Shown: piece after piece, positions 12,332-21,729 of the stretch
How the letters are laid out: every line of letters begins with the position of its first letter
Position numbering within the stretch: the first letter of the stretch is position 1
Assembly (NCBI GenBank): GCA_041615815.1
Contig: JBFJCP010000019.1
Span: forward strand, 28,751 to 92,750
DNA from: Gemmatimonadales bacterium
GTDB lineage: Bacteria; Gemmatimonadota; Gemmatimonadetes; Gemmatimonadales; GWC2-71-9
Direction: 5' to 3'
Length of the DNA: 64,000 nucleotides
Position numbers and translations under genes: made by a program
The notes under the pieces: generated by a model
What the model was told of the DNA's origin: nothing
The model's database searches: none
Seen by the model: the letters and a program-made list of their open reading frames with translations, nothing else

Positions 12332-13057
12332 ATGCCCACCTCCGCCAGCCTGCCGACTACGGGTGGTGAGGAGAAGCGGTCGTACGTGCGGAGCATGTTC
12401 ACAGCGATTGCGCCTCGATACGATCTCCTGAACCACCTATTGAGCTTCAATATCGATCGCCGTTGGCGCCGGCTAGCCGTCGATCGGCTGGACTGGGAGA
12501 GGGAGCCAGCCGGAACTTATCTGGACCTGTGCGCCGGCACCCTGGACCTCGCGGCCGAATTGGCGGGTCGGCGGGAGTTTCGCGGTCGGGTCCTCGGCGC
12601 GGACTTCGCAGTACCCATGCTCAAGGGTGGCGTCCACAAAGCGAACGGACTCCGAGCGGTGGGGGCGGATGCACTGGAGCTCCCGTTTCCGGGCCGCTCC
12701 TTCGACGGCTGCATGGTTGGGTTCGGGGTACGGAATCTCGCCAGCGTGGAGGCTGGTCTCAGCGAGATGGCCAGAGTGCTCACCCCGGGTTCGCGGCTCG
12801 TCATTCTCGAGTTCGCCACGCCTCGATCGCGGCTCTTCCGCTCACTGTATCACCTGTATTTCCGTCGCGTGCTGCCCCTCGTCGGACGAATGGTGTCAAA
12901 ACATACGAGTGCCTACACCTACCTGCCAGCGTCCGTGGACGATTTCCCCGAACCCGAGGCCTTCCGAGGGCTCGTGACGGCGGCGGGATTCCGGGACGTG
13001 GAAGCCGAATCGCTCACCTTGGGGATCGCCATGCTCTACCGAGGCGTCCGAGCGTGA
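12332..13057 (+). CDS. ubiE: UbiE/MenG quinone C-methyltransferase
   Basis: IAPRYDLLNHLLSF, LDLCAGT, FGVRN, AYTYLPASV. Confidence 0.9.
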   Translation: MPTSASLPTTGGEEKRSYVRSMFTAIAPRYDLLNHLLSFNIDRRWRRLAVDRLDWEREPAGTYLDLCAGTLDLAAELAGRREFRGRVLGADFAVPMLKGGVHKANGLRAVGADALELPFPGRSFDGCMVGFGVRNLASVEAGLSEMARVLTPGSRLVILEFATPRSRLFRSLYHLYFRRVLPLVGRMVSKHTSAYTYLPASVDDFPEPEAFRGLVTAAGFRDVEAESLTLGIAMLYRGVRA

Positions 13058-14547
13058 CCCTTCAGAGCCTGCGGGAGTTCGTCGACGCACTGGGAGACGG
13101 ACAGGAGCTGGTGCGCATAGCTCGTCCTGTGTCCGTGGTACGAGAGATCACCGAGATTGCCGACCGTTGCATGAAGAGTCCGGGTGGGGGGCCAGCCGTG
13201 CTGTTCGAGAACCCGGTGCTCGCCGACGGGCGTCCGAGCGAGGTCCCTCTCGGTATCAACCTCTTTGGCTCGATGGGTCGAATCTGCCGGGCCCTCGGGG
13301 TGGAAGACCTGGATGAGATCGGCGCGCGCATCACCAAGCTTCTCACGTTGAAACCACCCCTGGGGTGGCGAGAGAAACTTGCACTGCTCCCCACGCTCGC
13401 CGAGCTGACGCGTTATCCACCCAAGACGATGTCGGGTACACCCCGTTGCCAGCAACGAGTCTTGCGTGGAAGCGACGCGGACGTGCAATGCCTCCCGAAC
13501 CTCCTGTGCTGGCCCGACGACGGCGGCGCGTACATTACGCTGCCGCAAGTGATCACCCGCGACCCTCGATCTGGCGTCCGCAACGTCGGCATGTATCGGA
13601 TTCAGGTATTGGGTGCACGGCGCCTGGCCATGCACTGGCAGCGACACAAGGTTGGGGCGGCCCATTGGAGGGAGATGGCGTCCCGCGGAGAGACCATGCC
13701 GGTGGCCATCGCCTTGGGCGGCGACCCGCCGTCGATCTATTCGGCATCGGCACCCTTGCCGCCCAACATCGACGAGTACGTGTTCGCGGGTTTTCTGCGA
13801 CGCCGGCCGGTCACGCTGGCCAAAGCCATCACCAACGACTTGTTGGTTCCGGCGGAGGCCGACATCGTCATCGAAGGCTACATCGACCCTGGGGAGCCGC
13901 TGGTCCTGGAAGGGCCCTTCGGAGACCACACGGGCTTCTACTCGCTCGCCGATTACTATCCCGCGGTTCACGTCACAGCCGTCACGATGCGCAACGACCC
14001 CGTGTATCCGGCAACGATCGTGGGCCAGCCTCCGATGGAAGATTTCTATCTCGGTCACGCCACGGAACGGATCTTTCTCCCGCTCCTCAAATTCACCGTT
14101 CCGGAGATCGTGGATTATCACATGCCTGCGCCCGGCATTTTCCACAACTTGGTATTCGTGAGCATCGATAAGCAGTACCCGGGTCAAGCCTGGAAGGTGA
14201 TGAACGCCCTGTGGGGGATGGGCCTCATGTCGCTGGCCAAGGTCATTGTTGTCTTGGACAAGGACGTGAACGTTCGCGATCCCGACGAAGCCTGGTGGGT
14301 CACCCTCAATCACATCGACCCCAAACGAGACGTGCGGTTTACGATGGGACCGATCGACGTGCTCGACCACGCCTCGCGGGCGTTCACATACGGCTCGAAG
14401 ATGGGCATCGATGCCACAACCAAATGGAAGGAAGAGGGTTTCGACCGGGACTGGCCGACGCGCATCGTCATGGACACGGCGACCAAGGCGAAGGTCGATA
14501 CGATGTGGGAGGAATTGGGGATCCCCCTCGGCGAGGGGCATCCATGA
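13054..14547 (+). CDS. ubiD: UbiD-family prFMN decarboxylase (menaquinone, futalosine route)
   Basis: RNVGMYR, MHWQRHK, EGPFGDHTGFY, GSKMGIDAT; GTG 13054 overlaps ubiE stop. Confidence 0.92.
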   Translation: MTLQSLREFVDALGDGQELVRIARPVSVVREITEIADRCMKSPGGGPAVLFENPVLADGRPSEVPLGINLFGSMGRICRALGVEDLDEIGARITKLLTLKPPLGWREKLALLPTLAELTRYPPKTMSGTPRCQQRVLRGSDADVQCLPNLLCWPDDGGAYITLPQVITRDPRSGVRNVGMYRIQVLGARRLAMHWQRHKVGAAHWREMASRGETMPVAIALGGDPPSIYSASAPLPPNIDEYVFAGFLRRRPVTLAKAITNDLLVPAEADIVIEGYIDPGEPLVLEGPFGDHTGFYSLADYYPAVHVTAVTMRNDPVYPATIVGQPPMEDFYLGHATERIFLPLLKFTVPEIVDYHMPAPGIFHNLVFVSIDKQYPGQAWKVMNALWGMGLMSLAKVIVVLDKDVNVRDPDEAWWVTLNHIDPKRDVRFTMGPIDVLDHASRAFTYGSKMGIDATTKWKEEGFDRDWPTRIVMDTATKAKVDTMWEELGIPLGEGHP

Positions 14548-15443
14548 ATCGGGCACGACGGGAGGGCCAGACATTCGCCGGCGAGTCCTTGCTCGTTCGG
14601 TATGCCAACTTCGTCAAGCTCCCGCACACGATCTTCGCTTTGCCGTTTGCGCTCCTGGGGCTCGTGTATGCCTCCTTCGACCACACGGTAACGGCGCGGC
14701 ATGGGATCCTCGTCCTCCTGGCCTTTACGGCGGCCCGGTTCGCGGCCATGGGGTTCAACCGGATCGTGGACCGGGAATACGATCGGTTGAATCCCCGCAC
14801 GTGGGGTCGGGAACTGCCCACCGGTCGCCTCTCGGTATGGCAGGCCGGATGGGCAGTGGCAGGCGCCAGCATTGTGTTCGTGACGGCGGCCGGCCTTCTC
14901 AATCCCCTGTGCCTGGCACTGAGCCCACTCGCACTGGTGTGGATTCTCGGGTACTCGTACACCAAGCGATTTACCAACTGGTCCCATCTCTGGCTCGGTG
15001 GCGCTCTGGCGGCGGCGCCAGTGGGTGGCTACCTCGCGTTGGCCGGTTCCTGGAGCACGCCGTGGTGGACCCTTCCCGCAGCGGCTACCGCGGTGCTCGC
15101 TTGGGTGGCGGGATTCGACATCCTCTATGCTCTGCAGGATGAGGCCTTTGACCGGGAGCATGGGCTCAAGAGCGCCGTGGTGCTCCTGGGGAAGCGCGGG
15201 AGCATTGCAGTATCTAAGCTATTGCACTCCATGACTTTGGTCATGCTGATCGTGTTCGGTGTCGGCACTTCATTCGGGGCCTTTTACTACGTCGGTGTGC
15301 TGCTGGCTGCACTGATCCTGGCGTGGGAGCACAAGCTTGTGCGCCCCGAGGACCTCTCCAGGCTCGACGCGGCGTTTTTCCGCTGGAATGGGATCATGAG
15401 CGTCGTCGTGTTCGCCTGCGCGCTGGGAGATCGGATTCTCTGA
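14544..15443 (+). CDS. ubiA: UbiA-family prenyltransferase (MqnP-like)
   Basis: KLPHTIFALPFA, ARFAAMGFNRIVDREYDRLNPRT, YSYTKRF, GFDILYALQD. Confidence 0.9.
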   Translation: MNRARREGQTFAGESLLVRYANFVKLPHTIFALPFALLGLVYASFDHTVTARHGILVLLAFTAARFAAMGFNRIVDREYDRLNPRTWGRELPTGRLSVWQAGWAVAGASIVFVTAAGLLNPLCLALSPLALVWILGYSYTKRFTNWSHLWLGGALAAAPVGGYLALAGSWSTPWWTLPAAATAVLAWVAGFDILYALQDEAFDREHGLKSAVVLLGKRGSIAVSKLLHSMTLVMLIVFGVGTSFGAFYYVGVLLAALILAWEHKLVRPEDLSRLDAAFFRWNGIMSVVVFACALGDRIL

Positions 15444-15622
15444 TGGGCGGTGGGAGGCCGAAACCGAGGAGTCGGCGTTCGAAGGACGCCAAACGCGGCG
15501 GCCGGCGGAAGCCCGGACAGCCCAGGGATCACGGACCCGTTCGAGGGCGCACCGGACCAGCGCCCCCCGGTCCGACTCGGCACCCGCATAAGACCCCCAC
15601 GCCGAATCGGAGAGGGCGGTGA
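15443..15622 (+). CDS. Possible small basic Arg/Gly/Pro-rich protein (59 aa)
   Basis: ATG overlaps the ubiA stop (TGATG); fills most of the ubiA-ubiX gap. Confidence 0.3.
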   Translation: MGGGRPKPRSRRSKDAKRGGRRKPGQPRDHGPVRGRTGPAPPGPTRHPHKTPTPNRRGR

Positions 15623-15674
15623 GGGCAGACTTGGTGTGCCCCGGTTGGTCGACCCACCGATGGCCGCGTGACGG

Positions 15675-16265
15675 GTGATCGTGGCACCTAGCCCTTGGGT
15701 GGTCGCGATCACGGGAGCATCCGGCGCTCCGTACGCCGTTCGATTGCTCGCGGTCTTGGCTCGGCATCGGGTCCCGATATACCTCGTGGTCTCCAGTCAC
15801 GGGTGGCGATTGCTCGCGCACGAAGTCGGGATTTCGTCGGAGCCGGAACTTCGGGATGCGACGGGTGGAGACTGGTCGTCGGTGACGCTGTTCGACAACA
15901 ACGATCGGGGCGCGCGGCCGGCTTCCGGATCCGCCCGAAGTGCCGGGATGGTCATCTGCCCGTGCTCGATGGGTACGGTTGCGGCCATCGCACACGGCAC
16001 GAGCCGGTCGTTGGTGGAGCGAGCGGCCGACGTGGCGCTGAAAGAGCGGCGGCCCCTCATTCTCGTCCCCCGCGAGACCCCCTTCTCCGTGGTGCACCTG
16101 CGCAACCTGACGGCGGTGGCCGAGGCTGGGGCCACCGTCGTACCTGCCGCTCCCGGGTTCTATCACCGGCCAGCGTCCGTCGAGGACCTCGTGGATTTCA
16201 TCGTTCAGCGGGTGGTCGATCACATGAAGCTCGAGATCGACCTGGTATCGCGGTGGAGCGGCTGA
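15675..16265 (+). CDS. ubiX: Flavin prenyltransferase
   Basis: AITGASG, ASGS, PCSMGT, RAADVALKERR, PRETP, PGFY. Confidence 0.93.
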   Translation: MIVAPSPWVVAITGASGAPYAVRLLAVLARHRVPIYLVVSSHGWRLLAHEVGISSEPELRDATGGDWSSVTLFDNNDRGARPASGSARSAGMVICPCSMGTVAAIAHGTSRSLVERAADVALKERRPLILVPRETPFSVVHLRNLTAVAEAGATVVPAAPGFYHRPASVEDLVDFIVQRVVDHMKLEIDLVSRWSG

Positions 16266-16269
16266 AGCC

Positions 16270-16776
16270 GTGCGCCTCGGGATCATCTCCGATACCCACG
16301 GCACGCTGCGTCCCGAAGTCTTCGAGGCCTTCCGCGAGGTGGACCACATCCTCCACGGGGGCGATGTCGGGAGCATCGATCTCCTGATCGAGCTCGAAGC
16401 AGTGGCGCCGGTCACGGCCGTGTTTGGAAATACGGACGGGTTTGATCTTCGAGGCCGATGCGAACGAGTGGCCCAGCTAGAGCTCGAAGGGTTCCTGGTG
16501 GTTGTGACGCATGGCGACCAGTATGGGTCTCCGACGCCTCGGATTCTCCGCGATGCGTTTCCCGAGGCGGAGATCATCGTGTACGGGCACACGCACCGGC
16601 CCAAGCTCGAGCTGTTGGACAAGACGGTCACGGTCATGAACCCGGGGGCCGCAGGTCCGGCGCGGTTTGGTATTCAGCCGTCAGTGGGGATCATGGAGCT
16701 CGAACCAGGGATCCCGCCGAGAGCGAGATTGGTGTCGTTGGGGAGCCGAGAGCCCAGAGCGCCGGGTCGGACGTAG
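16270..16776 (+). CDS. Metallophosphoesterase (YfcE/MJ0936 family)
   Basis: SDTH, GD, GNTD, THG, GHTH, NPG. Confidence 0.9.
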   Translation: MRLGIISDTHGTLRPEVFEAFREVDHILHGGDVGSIDLLIELEAVAPVTAVFGNTDGFDLRGRCERVAQLELEGFLVVVTHGDQYGSPTPRILRDAFPEAEIIVYGHTHRPKLELLDKTVTVMNPGAAGPARFGIQPSVGIMELEPGIPPRARLVSLGSREPRAPGRT

Positions 16777-16794
16777 TCTCGCAGGGCGTGTCGG

Positions 16795-17769
16795 TTACGC
16801 GGTGGCCACCACCCACGTCATATAGCCCACGAAGGCCACTGCGAGCACGCCGGCGTCGCGGCGGCCCACCTGCCGTCCCCACAGCATCAGCGGAAACAGG
16901 CCCGCGCAGAACCCCAGCATGACCCAGTTGTCCACCGTTGCGGCGCGTACGTTGACCGGTACCGGAAAGACGGTGGCGGTGATCCCGAGAATGGCCAACA
17001 TGTTGAAAATGTTGGATCCCACAATATTGCTGAGCGCGATCTCCGTTTCCTTGCGGGCCGCAGCCACGAGGCTCGTGGCAAGCTCGGGCAGGCTCGTCCC
17101 CATGGCAACAACGGTCAGGCCGATCACCCGTTCCTCGATTCCCCAGGTGCGGGCCATCGTGACGGCGCCGCGAATCACGAGGTCGGCTCCGCCTATGAGC
17201 GCGAGGATCCCGAAGACGACCAGCGCGCCATTGATGGCAAACGCCTTCTGTCGGTGGTCGTACGATCCACTCGCCCGCTGAACCTCGCGCTCGAGCGCTC
17301 CCGTTTGTTCGCTGGCTCCCTCGCGGCGCGCGAGGTAAACAACGAAGGCCAGGAACACGCTGAGCGTGATGACGAAGAAAAGACCCTCGAGGTGGTCGAT
17401 CAGCCGGTCGCGCCCGAACAGCAGGACCAGACAGGCGACCAGCACCATGAAGGGGTATTCGATTCTCACCGTCTGGCGCTGCACGGGGATCGGCCTGAGT
17501 AGTGCCGCGATCGCGAGAATGGCGCCAACGTTGAAAATGTTCGAGCCGATCACGTTCGCGTAGGCGATGTCCGTGGATCGGCGGGCGGCCGCGTCGATGC
17601 TAACGGCGAGTTCGGGCATACTGGTGCCCATGGCGACGACGGTCAGTCCCACCACGGCGGGCGAGATGCGAAACAGTAAAGCGAGGGCGGTGGCGCCCTG
17701 TACGAGGTAATGGCCACCCACGAACAGCACCGCGATCCCCACGGCGAGCTGAATGAGCGCGATTGTCAT
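16795..17769 (-). CDS. Ca2+/Na+ antiporter (YrbG-like, CaCA family)
   Basis: Two alpha repeats: GLTVVAMGTS(M/L)PEL and GSNIFN. Confidence 0.92.
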   Translation of the reverse strand: MTIALIQLAVGIAVLFVGGHYLVQGATALALLFRISPAVVGLTVVAMGTSMPELAVSIDAAARRSTDIAYANVIGSNIFNVGAILAIAALLRPIPVQRQTVRIEYPFMVLVACLVLLFGRDRLIDHLEGLFFVITLSVFLAFVVYLARREGASEQTGALEREVQRASGSYDHRQKAFAINGALVVFGILALIGGADLVIRGAVTMARTWGIEERVIGLTVVAMGTSLPELATSLVAAARKETEIALSNIVGSNIFNMLAILGITATVFPVPVNVRAATVDNWVMLGFCAGLFPLMLWGRQVGRRDAGVLAVAFVGYMTWVVATA

Positions 17770-17791
17770 GGTCGCTGGGGGCGGCGGCGCT

Positions 17792-18895
17792 TCATCGGAG
17801 CGGCCCTGGTCGTTCCAACCATTCCCGCAGTGGGACCGTGCGTGCCAGTGCCGACGGATGGGTTCGGAACCAGCGGAGCAACAGGAGGGTCTCGTCGATC
17901 GCATCCACCGGGATGGGCCCTGGCTCCGGGTCGACGTCCACATGCTCTGCCACCAGCGCGCGGAAGGCCTCCACCTCAATGGGCGTCCGGGGTGCAGGCG
18001 CGGCCGCCCGAACCGTCGCCCGGCGGATCACGTACGCCCGATCGTCGCCATGGACTCCCGGATCGAGGTACACGAAGCTGAGGGTATCGACCGCCGCATT
18101 GGCCCGGACCGTGGCGGTGAGGAGCCACTCGAGCACATCGAATTTCTGGCGCCACCATCCGGCCCGTTCGAAATCCCGACTGCGGCCCGCTGCGTCCATC
18201 TCCGTTACGACCCGGTCGAGCGGCGCGATGTCACGCGTCTCGAGAAACGCCACCGCCGTTTCCACCCGCTGGGCGTACTCCTCCTCCGAGACGAAACCGC
18301 CGCAGGGCCCCGTGCAGGTGCCTAGCTCGTAGCGTAGACATGCGGCGCGCCGCACGGGGCTGAATAGGTCCCCCTGTTCGGCGTAGACGATCGGCATCGA
18401 GAGCGCGCAGTCGCGAAGACCCAGCAAATCTTGCAGCACCCGCACCGCCTGCTTCAGGTAGGCCGAGGCGCCGAAAGGACCGTAGTGGCGCGTGTCCGGA
18501 CCCGCCGTGGTCCCAACAAAGACCTTCGGTGCCGGCCCCCCGGAGACTTTGATGAACGCCGCGCGCCTACGTTTCTTCATCCGGACGTTGAACGGTGGTC
18601 GATACCGACGGATTTGTCGAAGCTCACCCAGAAGGGCGGCGAACTCCGAGGGTTGGTAATCCCAGGCGATGTCCGCGGAAGCGTGGAGTACGCGCGCGGC
18701 CTTTTCGTCGGACCGGGCGCGAAAGTACGAAAGCAGGCGGTTGCGCAGGCGTTTGGCTTTTCCGACGTAATGGATCCGCCCGCGATGGTCGAGCATGCGG
18801 TAGACGGCGGGTCGGTTTTCGGCGAGAGCTTTGACCCGCCGGTGCAACCGAGCGAGATCGCCAGAGGTGAGTTCGAGAGTCGGGGCTAACTCCAT
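17792..18895 (-). CDS. UvrC N-terminal-like GIY-YIG endonuclease (Cho-like, truncated)
   Basis: PAVYRM..IHYVGKAKRLRNRLLSYF, YGPF, CLRYELGTCTGPC, UVR-like DFERA; 367 aa without the full UvrC C-terminal half. Confidence 0.8.
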   Translation of the reverse strand: MELAPTLELTSGDLARLHRRVKALAENRPAVYRMLDHRGRIHYVGKAKRLRNRLLSYFRARSDEKAARVLHASADIAWDYQPSEFAALLGELRQIRRYRPPFNVRMKKRRRAAFIKVSGGPAPKVFVGTTAGPDTRHYGPFGASAYLKQAVRVLQDLLGLRDCALSMPIVYAEQGDLFSPVRRAACLRYELGTCTGPCGGFVSEEEYAQRVETAVAFLETRDIAPLDRVVTEMDAAGRSRDFERAGWWRQKFDVLEWLLTATVRANAAVDTLSFVYLDPGVHGDDRAYVIRRATVRAAAPAPRTPIEVEAFRALVAEHVDVDPEPGPIPVDAIDETLLLLRWFRTHPSALARTVPLREWLERPGPLR

Positions 18896-19893
18896 CCCCT
18901 CAGCGCCCGCACATAGCGGTGCAGTTCCAGAAACTTCTCGTAGACGATGACCTCTTTGCGCTTCTTGCCCAGCTCGCCGAAGAGCTCCCGCAGACGTCCT
19001 CGTCGCGTAACGTAGATTCGGAAGGTCTCCGCAAAATCCTCCTGGGGGTGCGCGGCCGCGTACGCGGTGACGTAATTCACATGCGTTTGTGTCACTCGGC
19101 GCCGCTGCATATCGACCCAGGTCTCGTCGCTGATGCGGTACGCCTTGTCCACTTCACCAAACGCCCGGCGGAAATCTGGCGCCCGCGTCCAGGCCCATTG
19201 GTGATACAGGAAGCTATGCCCCAGCTCGTGACAGATGAGTCCGACGAGGGTTGACCATGGTATTTCGTCGCGCCGGCGGGCGCCAGTGACATAGGTCTGA
19301 TCGATCTCCACGATCTTGGGGTAGCTGGGATCCACGCCGGACACGCCAGGTCGGAGGAGCACGCGATATCCCCAGTCGCGGATGCGCGCGACGAGAAGGA
19401 GCCGCCGCACTCGTCGCAGGGCCCTCGGGATCAGGTCGCGTCCGGTGGCGTCCTCTCCGCACCAGGGACACGTATCCATCCAGTCGTCCACGCCACGCTC
19501 GCAGTGAGGACAGGTGCCCTCGAACTGCCCGTCACCCCAATCCTGTTCCCGCCCACACCACGGACAAAACGGCATGGGATACTGCACGCCGCCGCCACAG
19601 CCCCAGTCACAGTTGGCGTCGCGCCGGAATCCCTTGGGTGCCTTGAGGGGCTCTTCGGCCGAGTAGCCCTCTTCGTAAATGTCAGCACCGCACCACGGGC
19701 AGAACGAAAACCGGTCGGACACCACCCAACCACAGGCATAGCATTCGGCCTCGGTGACGCGACCATCGTCGCGCCACACCTGGGCCCGGCTGCAGCGGGG
19801 GCAATGGGGCCAATACCGTTGGAGGGGCTCGCCGCACGTACAGCGGAGTTCTGGGCGTGGGAAGCGCGGGCGGCGGCTACGTGTCCTGCTCAT
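18886..19893 (-). CDS. Zinc-ribbon-repeat zinc metallopeptidase (Peptidase_Mx-like)
   Basis: Four Cys-pair/CPxC units; HELGH; YAAAHPQEDFAETF. Confidence 0.8.
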   Translation of the reverse strand: MSRTRSRRPRFPRPELRCTCGEPLQRYWPHCPRCSRAQVWRDDGRVTEAECYACGWVVSDRFSFCPWCGADIYEEGYSAEEPLKAPKGFRRDANCDWGCGGGVQYPMPFCPWCGREQDWGDGQFEGTCPHCERGVDDWMDTCPWCGEDATGRDLIPRALRRVRRLLLVARIRDWGYRVLLRPGVSGVDPSYPKIVEIDQTYVTGARRRDEIPWSTLVGLICHELGHSFLYHQWAWTRAPDFRRAFGEVDKAYRISDETWVDMQRRRVTQTHVNYVTAYAAAHPQEDFAETFRIYVTRRGRLRELFGELGKKRKEVIVYEKFLELHRYVRALRGWS

Positions 19894-20914
19894 ACCGCTC
19901 CAGTGCCTCGTCCACGATACGGTTGATGAACGCGTAATAGTCCATTCCTGCTTTCTCCGCCGCATTGGCCAGGTCGTGCCCAAAACTAATGAACGGATTA
20001 GCATTTGCCTCGATCACCCAGACTTCGTCCTCCGGTGTGAGCCGCACGTCCAGACGAGCGTAGTCGTGCAGCCAGAGGGTTCGGAACGCCGTCCGGCACG
20101 CCGTATCGATGCGTTCCATCGCCTGTTGCGAAATCGGGCGGGCAAAGACGTTGCGGATGCCCCGGCGTTCGCGATACGGAACGTCCCATTTGGCATGGCG
20201 GGTCGCGATTCGCTCCTCGGGTTTCGTGAGACTCTTGTCAAAGACCATCTCCACGATCGGGAGGACCTCGAGGTGCCAGCCGTTGCCAATCATGCCCACA
20301 TAGAGCTCGCGCCCCTCGACGAACTCCTCGGCAATCGCTGGTTGCCCAAAACGGTCGTGTACGAACCTCACTCGATCCGTGAGGGACTCCAAATCTCGGA
20401 CCACGGACGCCTGCGAGATCCCCGCGGAGGCGTCCTCCTGGAGGGGCTTCACGATGAGCGGAAACGCGAGGTCGGGGGCCTCGCTTACTTCCTCGCTGCG
20501 TCGGTACGTCACGAACCCCGGGACTCGGATTCCATGATACGCCAACAGCTTCTTGCTCATCGCCTTGTTCCGCGTAGTGAGCAGGGCGATCGGGGGCGCT
20601 CCCGTATAGCGATATCCCTCAGCTTCCAGCAGGGCGGGGAAGAAATAGTCCAACAGCGGATTGTTGTGGTATGCTTCAGCGCAATTGAAGACGAGGTCGG
20701 GACCGAAGCCGCGGAGCCGACGCAGCATGTCCTCGAAATCGTCGTGCACCCCGACCATGAGCACGTCGTGATCATACGCCAGGAGTGCCTCGGTCACCTC
20801 GTACTCGGCCTCCTCGACCTGGGCTGCCACCTGTTCCTTGAAGTCCGCGTCTTCCCAACCCACGTAGGGTGTGTCGAATACGACGGCTATCTTCACCGGC
20901 GTGTCCGCTGACAT
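19877..20914 (-). CDS. D-Ala-D-Ala-ligase-like ATP-grasp enzyme
   Basis: DLVFNCAE, YTG, NKAMSKKLL, IVKP..EDASAGI, EEFVEGRE, YARLDVR, IEANANP. Confidence 0.85.
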   Translation of the reverse strand: MSADTPVKIAVVFDTPYVGWEDADFKEQVAAQVEEAEYEVTEALLAYDHDVLMVGVHDDFEDMLRRLRGFGPDLVFNCAEAYHNNPLLDYFFPALLEAEGYRYTGAPPIALLTTRNKAMSKKLLAYHGIRVPGFVTYRRSEEVSEAPDLAFPLIVKPLQEDASAGISQASVVRDLESLTDRVRFVHDRFGQPAIAEEFVEGRELYVGMIGNGWHLEVLPIVEMVFDKSLTKPEERIATRHAKWDVPYRERRGIRNVFARPISQQAMERIDTACRTAFRTLWLHDYARLDVRLTPEDEVWVIEANANPFISFGHDLANAAEKAGMDYYAFINRIVDEALERYEQDT

Positions 20915-21729
20915 TGGGGACAAAACGTCGTCGCGCGGCCGTCGATAGCGTGGGTCGTCACCAGCGAACGTCCACACCGCAGACAGGGCATGCCGCCACG
21001 TCCATAGGCCCGTAGCACTTGCTGAAAGGTTCCCGGCCGCCCGGAGCCCGTCCGGTAGTCTCGCACCGTCGTTCCCTTGGCCACGATGGCTTCCTGGAGT
21101 ACGTCGCGAACTGCCGCGTGGAGGCGGCGGAGCTCTTGGGACGACAATCGATTGGTGGGCCGAGCTGGGTGAATCTGCGCCCGGAACAAGGCTTCGTTGG
21201 CATAGATGTTCCCCACGCCCGCCAGGCGCCGCTGATCCATGAGCACCTTCTTCACCGCCTGGCGAGTACCGTCGAGTTGTTCGGAGAAGCGGGCCGCGTC
21301 AAAGTCCTCGGCAAGGGGCTCGGGCCCGATGCGCGCAGTATAGGTCTGCCATCCCGCATCGTCCAACAACCAGATCGTGCCGAGCCGACGCACGTCGCGG
21401 TACACGAGCCGATCGCCGGACCCGAGATTGGCCGCGAGCACGGCATACCGTCGCTCGGCCGTCGTCAAGGGTCGCCTGTAGAGCAGCAGCGATCCCGTCA
21501 TTCGCGGCTGGATCACGAGCCGGTGTTTGCTGTGAAGGAGAAAGACGAGGTGCTTGGCGCGCCGCACGAGTTCGGCAATGCGATTTCCCTTGAGCGTGCG
21601 AAGGAGCCGCGCGGCACTTACCCCGCGCAGCACATCACGCTTGTACAGCTTGGGGTATCGAAGGGGACGGCCGCGGACCCGTGGAGCAAGGTCGCGAACG
21701 ATGGTCTCGACTTCAGGAAGCTCCGGCAC
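20893..21729 (-). CDS. mutM: Formamidopyrimidine-DNA glycosylase
   Basis: PELPEVET, RRAKHL, DVRRLG, AGVGNIYANE, C-terminal CLRC..CPQCQ zinc finger. Confidence 0.95.
   Translation of the reverse strand: MPELPEVETIVRDLAPRVRGRPLRYPKLYKRDVLRGVSAARLLRTLKGNRIAELVRRAKHLVFLLHSKHRLVIQPRMTGSLLLYRRPLTTAERRYAVLAANLGSGDRLVYRDVRRLGTIWLLDDAGWQTYTARIGPEPLAEDFDAARFSEQLDGTRQAVKKVLMDQRRLAGVGNIYANEALFRAQIHPARPTNRLSSQELRRLHAAVRDVLQEAIVAKGTTVRDYRTGSGRPGTFQQVLRAYGRGGMPCLRCGRSLVTTHAIDGRATTFCPQCQRTRR

Noticed and set aside
12463..13053. N-terminal extension of ubiD (and similar extensions of glmS, mutM, AgcS and the cyclase)
   Set aside because: Open frames over neighbouring genes, expected at high GC
13036..14574. 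Long antisense ORFs (also 2958-4289, 24179-25741, 41735-43132, 51523-52977)
   Set aside because: Shadow frames of real genes with no motifs
19877..20914. Calling the ATP-grasp gene ddl
   Set aside because: Lacks Ddl N-terminal motifs and cell-wall gene context
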